From: a virus
Length of the DNA stretch: 16,118 bases
IMG/VR virus record: IMGVR_UViG_3300045988_134023
Span: 1 to 16,118 of that record
Strand: one strand, 5' to 3'
Positions 7,977-16,118 of the stretch are shown here, piece after piece. Made by a program: the position numbers and the translations under genes. The stretch's first letter is position 1. Every line of letters starts with the position of its first letter. The notes under the pieces are model-generated. The model saw only the letters and a program-made list of their open reading frames with translations. It did not search any database and had not been told where the DNA came from.

Positions 7977-8571
7977 ACTTAAATTTAAAATTTTTATGAT
8001 AGTTTTGTTTATTTTTGCAACATTTTATAATAGCACTATGATCAAAATTTCCGTTTCTTTCAGCGTCCATAGCAGATTTCCAAGTGCATATATAAGTATC
8101 ATTAATATCTGTCATAATTATACGTTTACTTACTTTTTCTTTCTGCTGTTCAGTTTGTTTAGTTCCCAATCTACATTCTCTTAACTTTAATTTTGTTTCA
8201 TCCTTTAATACTCTTCCAGACTGTTTTAAAGACATTTTGTGTTTAGATTCTTCACTGTGTTTAAATCCAGTATTAGAACCTCCACCTTCATTTAAATTAT
8301 AACCATTATTTAATGTATCAAATAACTGAATATATTTAATTTCTGCATTATTTAGTTGTCTTTTCAATAATTCTGTAGAAGAACAACAAAAGATTTGAAG
8401 AATTTCCCATTTAAAGTTATTGAATCCATATTTCCTAATCGCTCTATGAAAATATGTAAGATTAGAACTGTATTTATGTTCATTCTTTCTTCTCAAGAAA
8501 TTATTTGTTTGTCCTACATATTTATTGCCATTTATAAGATTTGTTGCTAGATATATAACTCCACTATACAT
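7960..8571 (-). CDS. GIY-YIG homing endonuclease (203 aa) with NUMOD3-like repeats and a C-terminal DNA-binding domain
   Basis: Motifs are GVIYLATNLINGNKYVGQT...RRKNEHKY...AIRKYG...AEIKYIQLFDTLNNGYNLNEGGG, then GFKHSEESKHKMS and the tail ...SAIIKCCKNKQNYHKNFKFKY. The ATG is 1 nt after the protease TAG. The 3' end overlaps the scaffold start by 17 nt. It has no TGA codon. Confidence 0.85.
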   Translation of the reverse strand: MYSGVIYLATNLINGNKYVGQTNNFLRRKNEHKYSSNLTYFHRAIRKYGFNNFKWEILQIFCCSSTELLKRQLNNAEIKYIQLFDTLNNGYNLNEGGGSNTGFKHSEESKHKMSLKQSGRVLKDETKLKLRECRLGTKQTEQQKEKVSKRIIMTDINDTYICTWKSAMDAERNGNFDHSAIIKCCKNKQNYHKNFKFKYEQIN

Positions 8572-8572
8572 T

Positions 8573-9163
8573 CTATTTAACTCTTTTTATTTTTCTCAAC
8601 ATTTTTTGAATCTCTTTAAGTTCCTCATATTCATCAGATTGTCTTTCTAAAGTAAACAATCCCTCAATAGAGAACCCTTTAAACTTTCCAGCTTTAATTG
8701 CATCCCATATAACAGGATTATTTACTTTATAAGTAGCAAATAATGAACCATCTGGACAATCAGCAAATTCAACTGGATTAATTCCTCTATCTATATCTTT
8801 AACATATAGTTCTTGAAGAATTATTCCAGGAATTACTGAATCTTCCAAATGTTCAATATTTACATCAGTAGTTCTCTTATCATACATCATTTTTTCAGCC
8901 ATTAAACGGAGAGTTTCTTTATCATATTGAATATAATATTCTCCGTTTTTACTATCCCGTCTAAATATAGGTATATCACATACCATTAAACAAGAAGTAA
9001 CTATATGTTTTTCTTCATCCATCGAGAACTTCTGAGATTCCCCAAAAGCAAGCCAATTAACTTGGGTTGCAGGTTTACTGGTCAATGCTACGAACTCTAT
9101 TCCATCACAATCATCAGCAATAATTGCTTGATATAATGGAAGATCATTATACATTTTTTCCAT
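8573..9163 (-). CDS. Putative prohead protease, XkdF-like (196 aa)
   Basis: ATG-to-TAG ORF immediately upstream of the scaffold and capsid genes. The N-terminal region (...IEFVALTSKPATQVNWLAF...HIVTSCLMVCDIPI...) resembles my recollection of the XkdF-type phage serine protease family. This has not been verified by search. Confidence 0.5.
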   Translation of the reverse strand: MEKMYNDLPLYQAIIADDCDGIEFVALTSKPATQVNWLAFGESQKFSMDEEKHIVTSCLMVCDIPIFRRDSKNGEYYIQYDKETLRLMAEKMMYDKRTTDVNIEHLEDSVIPGIILQELYVKDIDRGINPVEFADCPDGSLFATYKVNNPVIWDAIKAGKFKGFSIEGLFTLERQSDEYEELKEIQKMLRKIKRVK

Positions 9164-9219
9164 TTTTTATTAATATATAAGCTATTTTAAAAATGTAATA
9201 TTGTTACAATCTTTTATTT

Positions 9220-9248
9220 TTATATATTTATATACTATCAAATGTCAA
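9220..9248 (-). promoter_or_regulatory. Candidate sigma70-like promoter for the head operon
   Basis: The minus strand reads TTGACA (9248-9243), a 16-17 nt spacer, then TATATA/ATATAA (9226-9220), about 57 nt upstream of the protease ATG. AT-rich DNA yields such matches by chance. Confidence 0.25.
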
Positions 9249-9294
9249 GTTTTTTACTCAAATTTGTATCTAAGATAAATAAATTTTGACATAG

Positions 9295-9338
9295 CACTAC
9301 TATATAAGCACTGATAATCAGCAACTTACATAGTAGTG
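9295..9338 (-). terminator. Hairpin just downstream of the tape-measure stop; a weak terminator or regulatory structure
   Basis: A perfect 9-bp inverted repeat, cactactat (9295-9303) and atagtagtg (9330-9338), encloses a smaller palindrome ctgat-a-atcag (9311-9321). It starts 21 nt after TAA 9359-9361. The T-rich run is not immediately adjacent, so terminator function is uncertain. Confidence 0.3.
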
Positions 9339-9358
9339 TGTCAGAAATTTTACTCACT

Positions 9359-12049
9359 TTAGAAACTTGCATTTGATTCTGTAACTGCAACTTTAGTTTG
9401 AGCATTAGTAATATCACTCTCAACTACATAGCATTTAACAGGTTCATTTAATAAATCAGTCTCTTTATCACCAAGTAAGTTTCGAGTATATTCTACAGGA
9501 GCAGTGTTTAAAGCAGCAGGTGCTGCAACAGATGCAGAAGCAAAAGATGCAGATGCTCCACTAGTTTCATCTACCTCTCAAATCTTTTTAACATTAGCCA
9601 TACCAGCTGCAATTGCTGCAGCAGCGGCGGCAGCACCTAAAGCTGGGCCCACTATAGGAATGCCAGCCATAGCTGAATATGCTGAGTTAGCCGCAGAATA
9701 AGTGTCAATTAATGCTTGAGCAGTAGCAAATCCTTTACCTACTTTACTTTCCTCTCCTCAAATACTTGCCATACTTCCAGCAATACTAGAAGCTACAGAT
9801 AAAGTACCTTGTAAAGCTTGCTGCCTTGCTTTTTGAAGATTTTGGTATGCTTGTGTATTAGCCTGTTCATTAGCTAATTGAGCGTCTGATAGAGCTATAT
9901 TATTTTCAGTAAGAGTTCTTTGTATCTCTTGCTTCTGTTCAGCAGTAAGCTGCTCATTCATTAACTGTTGATTTAATAAAGAGTTTTCCTGCTCGATTCG
10001 ACTTTGAGTTAATGCTAGTAAATTATTATTATATTCAATTTGAGCGTTATACTGGTTCTCTAAATCTTCTCTACTTTGATATGTAAACTTATATCCAGTT
10101 CCTTCGTAATCTCCAGCTAATCCAAATGCTTTCGATATACCTTGAGTATAAGTAGTCTGAAAGGTCTGCTCTCTTGGCTCTCTCAAATTACTTGTAGAAG
10201 ATAAATCTCTAATCCTTTTTAATTCAGACTGTAGATCATTCCAAGCTTTATCTGCATCTTCCTTACGCTTAGCTTCTTCATCAGCTCTAGCTTTATCTCT
10301 AATCTTTTTAAGCTCTTCCTGATGCCAAGCTTCTACCTCTTCAATTCCCCTATTATACTTAATAGCTAATGCTAATAGTCTAATATATTCATCTTCAAGT
10401 TCATCTACTGGGTCTTTATCCTCTAATCTCTTTTGAAGCCATTCATCAAATTCATTAATTACCTTCTTAGCTTCAGTAGTGTTCTTTGTAATAGTTGGAA
10501 TATTAAAGAATCCACCATACTTTTTATTAGTATCTGCTACATCCTCAAATAGCTTTCTAAGCCTTTTCTCAATGTCTTTATTTAAATCATCCAACTGTTT
10601 ATAAGTATTCTCTTTATTTTGCTTTGTGTACTCATAAATTGTATTTGAATAATCTTTTCAGAACATTGCTGTAGCTTTAAAAGCCTGTCAAGCTGAAGCT
10701 TCCCCAAAATTAGTATCTTCAATCTTATTCTCTAATTCGGTGCGTTTATTTAGATATTCTTCATAAAGTTTGATAGCTGCCTGTTCAATAGCTTGTGCTT
10801 TAGCTCTTGCTTCTAAGGCTTCTACATAATTGCCTGTATTATTTACAAAGGCATCTTCAGCAGTCTTTACATCAGTAATATTTAATCCAGTCTCTTTAAT
10901 CTTATCTGAATATTGCTCAATGAATTTACGTTTATCATCTGCTGAATCTCCAACACTCTCATATGCTATCTGAAGCTCTTTAAATATAGCAATAGACTTA
11001 GAAGAAATTTGATTAGTAGCATCAGTGATAGATTTTCTAAATTCTTCTTGCTCTTTAGCAGCTGTTCTTATAGAAGATACATAATCTATTACCTTATTAA
11101 TAGCTAATCCAATAGCTGTAGCTAAAGCTATCCATACTGTTACATTACCAATAGTTTTAAGAGCTGTAGTTGCTTTTGAAAATGCTGTAGTTGCCTTAGC
11201 AGCTTGTGAAGTCCCATCTGCCAGCCCTTTCGCAGCATCTGCTTGTTTATTCAATGCGGCTGCAATTGCTGGAGAATTCCTTTTTAATCTCTCTAACTCT
11301 TCACTGGTGACTTTCATACTGTTAGCAGAATTCTTAACAGTATCATTAAATTTGCCAACTATGGGAATGGTATTAGAGACGCTTTTATTAGTAGAATTTA
11401 TTTCCCCAGGAGTGCCCATTACTCCTTGAATCATACCTCCTTTAAAATTAATATTGGCCCCCTCTAAATCTTTTACAACTTTAGAAATATTTCCCAATTC
11501 AGTACCAACATTTCCAACAGAAGTGCCAATATTATTTAGTTTAGCGGCATCAATATTATTAAGATTTTTAGCAGCATTGTCTAATCCAGTATTAAAAGGA
11601 GTAATATAATCTACCAACTTCTTAAATCAATTCCCTAAAGCAGGTAGCTCTTCAATCAAATCTTTTATACCTCCCACACCTTGAACTAAAGCAATAGTAG
11701 ATTGTAACTTAACCATTACTTTATTTAAATCTTCTGATTCTTTGCCAAATAAAGTAATAGCAGCAGTTGCAGCACCATATCCACTAGCTAAGCCAGTGGA
11801 TATTTTAGCTACACTTTCAAATCTCTGTGCAGTAGTTCTTGAAGATCTTGCTATCTGCTCATTAATTTTATTGAATTCTGATTGTCTCTTACCAAGTAAT
11901 GAAAGAGTTTCATTATATTCCTTAGTACCAATCTCTAAATCATTCAGCGAATTAGTTAATGCATCAATATCTTTCTTTAAAGAATTTATTGATTTATTAC
12001 TTGATTTAGTATCTACACTAATTACTTTTTTAATTTCTATTTGTGCCAT
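9359..12049 (-). CDS. Tape-measure-like protein (896 aa), read through five in-frame TGAs (11627, 10688, 10658, 9758, 9578)
   Basis: Track ORFs 11627..12049, 10688..11617 and 9758..10594 share one frame (differences of 432 and 1023 nt). I translated every junction and the 9359-9757 tail and found only TGA interruptions, with a true TAA at 9359-9361. The protein has long coiled-coil Q/E/K/N-rich stretches plus hydrophobic Gly/Ala segments (GLASGYGAATAAITLFG; GPALGAAAAAAAIAAGMA), as is typical of tape-measure proteins. Confidence 0.65.
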
Positions 12050-15000
12050 TAGATTGTAATATTTTTAACAGTATCTTCTGTTAGTGTTAAATTCTCTGTA
12101 TATTTAATTGTTCCTGTTGGTCCGTCAGATACTCTAAATAAAAATTGAACTCCATTTTGAGCATATATTCTATAACTTCCATCATCTCTCATATAAGTGA
12201 TATTTAAGAAATTATCATTTTCAGTTAGAATCTGATTAACGCCAGAAGGAATACCTCCAGTAGAAGTTTGAAGTTTTCCTGTAATAAGAATAGCTTTATT
12301 TGGGTCTGGAGTTTGAGTAAACATACATTGAGGGCCATCTATACTTCCTTGTTTATAAAGACTAAAATAGAAACTCCTTTGGTCATATGTAGTATTCTCA
12401 TTATATGTAACTGTCAATTCTGTTTCTCCAAGCTGCCCAGATTCAGGTGTAATGCTTACAATTTCATTTGGACTATATCATCCTAATTCTCAAGGAATAT
12501 TAGAAGTAACTGTAATCTTTTTAGTCCCAGCTTTATAATCTACAACTGGATCTGAATCATCAAATGATATATATTCACCTAGATTTTGAACTCCAGCTAA
12601 ATAACTATTAATATCTTGAACTTTAATAAATTCACATCTAACTGTAGAATCTGAATTAATATCATAAGCATCAATCTTATTAAGTACCCAGTAAGAATCT
12701 TCAAAATAATAGAATTGTCTAAGTAAATCATACTTAACATCTAAATCATCTAATCTTACAAAGCAGGTAACTTTTTTAGTATTTACATCAAATTGATCAT
12801 TATAAAATTCACTTCAGAATCTACTATAAATAGTACTTCCGATATTATAAGTTATATCATCAATATAAATCTCTTGTGGTAATCCAAAATCTCAAGAAGC
12901 AGTAACATTAGAGGACGAAACGGTATACCTTGTAAATTGAGGTAATACAGTTCTCTTTATAGCAATTTTATTCCCCCTAATATCTTTCTCACTTTTAGTA
13001 GATATATAACACATTTCCTGATCATTTAATATGTTCATTTCTGTAAGATCATCTGTAATTCAATATGTTACTTCATTTCCTTTTACATCAGTTAAAGGAA
13101 CATTACCGTTAAAGAATACTAGGGATTGAGAGATATCCTCTAAAGATTCCTCATTACCATCAATTGAGAAAAATACATTTTTGGCAAATATATCATTACC
13201 TGCGATTTTATATCATTCTGTGGTTTTAGAGGGATCTATAAAATTAGCTCCGTATAACTCTTGATCTATAGTCTTAAGTTCAGTAGTGCTATTATTAAAT
13301 AATGTATAGGTAATATTATCATTCATAAATGCAGGAACTACAAGGGAAGAAGAATTGTAAAAATTTCTAAAATATTTATTTCTCCATCTTGCAGAAACTA
13401 TATTTTCATATATATTATCACTATACAGTTCAGTTGTTTCAGAATTAAAATTATAACCAGTATTTAATCTTTGTTGACCATATAATATAGAATATTCCTT
13501 ATTGTATTTTTTATAAAAATAAGTTTCTGGACCTTCAGAACTCATTCTATATCACTTCTTATCAAATAATATTGGATTTACATTGAAATCTTTAGAATAA
13601 TCTATTCTCTTGCTCCAATCAGAGATTATATTCTTAAAGAAATTATTTCTAGTATATATTCTAATTGTTTTACTATCAATATCTTTTGTAAAATATAACC
13701 CAAATAGTTTTGCATAACTCAATAAGTAATCAGCAGGAGATTGTTCTGTTTTTAATAATAATTTTTTAGTTAATAATGCATTACTTTGAAGTACCTCTGT
13801 AGAAGTAGTAATTTCAATGGGAGAAGTAAGATCTACTATAAGATCTCCTTTTGGAATAGCTTGGTAATCCTCTCCTCTTTCTATTACTTCACTTAATAAT
13901 CCAGTAGGGCGAACACTATTTCCAGTAGATCATACAACATTAAGTTTAATTTTAATTTTATTAATTGGAATTTTAAAATTTGTAATATTAATAACAAAAT
14001 CATTAGTTAATGAAGAAGTATCATAAAATACATTATTTTGAAAATACCCAAAATGATTAACCCCATTAGCTATAGGATGTGAGTAGGTTCCTGAATTTGT
14101 AAATCTATGTATTTCAGAAGTATAAATAGTATCATCTACTTCATTAGTAATTGTTAGCCAAACATCAGCGTATCCTCTATATGCTGAATAAAAAGAAGGA
14201 GCAGAGGAGCTAAAATACCTTCTAAATCCAAAAAAATATCTATCCCCAACATTTCCTGCAGTTCGATTAAACTTTAACTTAAAATAAAAAGTTGTAGAAA
14301 GGCTTTTTCTAAATCCAGCCTCACTTAAATCAATTATTCCAGAATCGTAAACAATATCAGGTGATGCAATGGATAATTTTAAAGGACTTGATGTAGATTC
14401 TCCTTTATTTATACCTACCTGATAATTATATTTACTATCTTCTACTAAAAAGCCAGATTCTGTTACATCTTCTTCGTCACTTACTAGATTAGATAATAAA
14501 GGTAAAGCTACAAAGGATTTACTTCAATACGGATTATTTCAATTAAAAAATGAAGGATCAAATACTACATCATATCCAGAATTCTCTTTTCTACAGATAG
14601 TTTCAATTAACTTACTCAATTTTAAAGCTGGCCTTTGCATATAACTTCTAAGATCTCTCATCTCCCATTCTGTATATGCTCTATTTAATTTAGCTAATCC
14701 ATACCCATTATAAGGTGTATATGTAACTCCTGAATCTGTCTTACTAGTAGGAAATATACTATTTTCATTAGTATTTATTAAACAAGTTTCATTATCAAAA
14801 TCTTCATATAAACCATTATATGCTGGAATAAATGTCAAATAATCATATATTTGACTTCCTTCATTCGTTTTACTTCAGTCAAAACAAGTATTTACAAAAT
14901 CTTTATTAATATAAAAATTAAGTTCAGTATCAGCAGGAAGTGTATTCCCATCTTCATCAGTTACAAAGTATTGTAAATCAGCAAAAGTCCTAATAGTACC

Positions 15001-15405
15001 ATCTTCTTTATATTTAAGTCCATAGAAGAAATCTCCTAATCCTCCATATAAAGTAATATTATAAGTAATAACAGCTTGTTTTATAGATATACTATTTAAT
15101 TGCATATATCCAGATTCAACTAAATAGTCATTATTATAGATTCCAAAATCAACTCGTTTTGAAGGATCAAAATATACTCCAGAGAAATTACCTTCTTTTA
15201 TATGGAGAAATCTATCTAACTTATAAATCTCTCCAAAAATCTTATTATTATTCTTTGTGCCAGGTATAGAAATCGTTTTACTAAACGAGTTCTTGACTAT
15301 AGTGGGGTTTTGGAAATCCTCAACAGTATATGTCATAGGAAGACTAATTCCCTCACTACAGTCAACCTCTTTATTTGCAATAAATAGTTTTATATTCTTT
15401 CTCAT
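12049..15405 (-). CDS. Large virion or tail structural protein (1118 aa), function unassigned (baseplate or host-interaction candidate), read through 11 in-frame TGAs
   Basis: Track ORFs 14875..15405, 14539..14838, 13213..13545 and 12049..12417 all end at coordinates that are 0 mod 3. I checked every triplet of the gaps (12418-13212 and 13546-14538). The only stops are TGA at 14875, 14539, 14524, 13930, 13552, 13213, 13060, 12892, 12814, 12490 and 12478. It starts at ATG 15403-15405. TAA 12049-12051 overlaps the next ATG as TAATG. Confidence 0.75.
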
Positions 15406-15407
15406 AA

Positions 15408-16118
15408 TTATTTACGATAAGTATCTTGAGAAGCTTCTACATTAATTGTATAATAGAACTTGTTTTTACCTTGATTAGTATAAGTTTTATATTCACAATT
15501 TGTATCTGTAATCAATACTGGAGTGATAGTATTATCTTTAAGATTATGCAAATATACTTTGGTACTCTCAATTAGATTAAACATCTTAGAAGCTTGAATA
15601 TCATTTAAATAACCAGTATAAAGAACCCAGCTTGAAGTTATAGTATTCAAATACTTATTTCTTGCAAACTCTTGTGATGTATTTAATACCTTACGAGTAT
15701 ATGTTTCAGATTTAATCTCATCATTCTTTTTAACATTACCCTCAACAAGTAATGAATCTCATCCACCTGCTGAATTAGTATAATACAACACATAATCTTT
15801 ACCTGTAGTATCTATATCATATCTAATCTGTCTATCACTAATATTTCCACCTTCTACAAATCCTACTATTAAATAGCTTCCACAAGGCCATAATTTATTA
15901 CTTAAATCTTCTGTATATGTATATCCATTAATTCCAGAATTTAAACTAATATCCATAGCAGATTGTACTCCATCTATATAAAAGAATCTATTAATAACTC
16001 CAGTTCCAGTTGGTAGAATTCAACTTGATACTAAATACTGCCTTGGATCAACTAAACCAGTAATAGGATCACTTAACATAGTGCCTTTAGTTAGATCTCT
16101 ATCTTTATAACTCCAGTC
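15408..16118 (-). CDS. Virion or tail structural protein, C-terminal 236 aa; the gene continues beyond the window end; two in-frame TGAs (16020, 15759)
   Basis: Track ORFs 15759..15956 and 15408..15650 are in one frame (both 2 mod 3). The gaps 15651-15758 and 15957-16118 translate without TAA or TAG. It ends at TAA 15408-15410, 2 nt before the next ATG. Confidence 0.65.

Noticed and set aside
662-8575. TAG could also be reassigned, because two genes end in TAG (662-664 and 8573-8575).
   Set aside because: Both TAGs sit exactly at gene boundaries, with the next gene's start overlapping or 1 nt away. No in-frame TAG was found inside any gene that I translated.
9164-9358. The spacer could host the suppressor tRNA (anticodon UCA) needed for recoding.
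   Set aside because: The sequence is too AT-rich and shows no cloverleaf features, with no T-loop GTTCRANYC-like motif and no acceptor stem. The inverted repeat does not fit tRNA geometry. Any such tRNA must lie outside this window.
9238-9423. A minus-strand 61-aa ORF spanning the tape-measure 3' end and the intergenic spacer.
   Set aside because: It is out of frame with and overlaps the tape-measure C-terminus. The translation is low-complexity (LKLKLQLQNQ). It covers the hairpin and promoter-like region.
9504-9701. A local GC-rich island (gctgcagcagcggcggcagcacc, about 9596-9650) with an Ala-rich plus-strand ORF.
   Set aside because: It is explained by the minus-strand tape-measure frame, which encodes a hydrophobic Gly/Ala helix (GPALGAAAAAAAIAAGMA). 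The plus-strand ORF is the complement of GCN codon runs.
2548-15445. Plus-strand ORFs from the track: 2548..2736, 4202..4438, 4470..4784, 4865..5242, 6144..6365, 7345..7557, 7575..7865, 7969..8184, 9504..9701, 11742..12059, 12268..12486 and 15257..15445.
   Set aside because: All lie antisense within well-supported minus-strand genes. They have low-complexity, Ser/Leu/Phe/Ile-rich translations and no recognisable motifs. They are shadow ORFs of AT-rich coding DNA.
12049-16118. The fragmented ORFs (for example 14875..15405, 14539..14838, 13213..13545, 12049..12417) could indicate a decaying prophage with pseudogenes, or sequencing errors.
   Set aside because: Decay or error would give a mix of stop types and frameshifts. 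Every interruption here is TGA, every fragment stays in frame, and TAA and TAG occur only at sensible gene ends.
148-16118. TGA could be read as Gly (code 25, SR1/Gracilibacteria-type) or as selenocysteine.
   Set aside because: The three positions that can be aligned to conserved motifs or to a paralog call for Trp (NLEW, E-x-x-E-x-x-W-I, NKNW-IL). The neighbouring residues are aromatic or hydrophobic rather than Gly-like. Twenty-three Sec codons in structural proteins with no SECIS-like context is implausible. This was not tested computationally.

Overview
AT-rich window in which every credible gene lies on the minus strand. It is the structural (late) module of a tailed phage or prophage. 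In transcription order (high to low coordinates) it holds a partial tail or virion protein, an 1118-aa tail or virion protein, an 896-aa tape-measure-like protein, an XkdF-like prohead protease, a GIY-YIG homing endonuclease, a scaffold, a second GIY-YIG endonuclease, the major capsid protein, a tail-tube-like protein with an intrinsic terminator, two copies of a three-gene host-recognition cassette (repeat-containing receptor-binding candidate, small CPL protein, fibre), an HNH endonuclease, and the start of another fibre-like gene.

The main observation is that the standard-code ORF track is fragmented only by TGA. I found 23 in-frame TGA codons in 7 genes. In each case the flanking ORF pieces are in the same frame, and all 16 gene ends in the window are TAA (14) or TAG (2). 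Three TGAs fall where conserved motifs or an in-window paralog carry Trp. The element is therefore best read with TGA = Trp (translation table 4-like). TGA use is uneven: the GC-richer protease, capsid and tube genes contain none.

I saw no tRNA, rRNA, CRISPR array, integrase or transposase.
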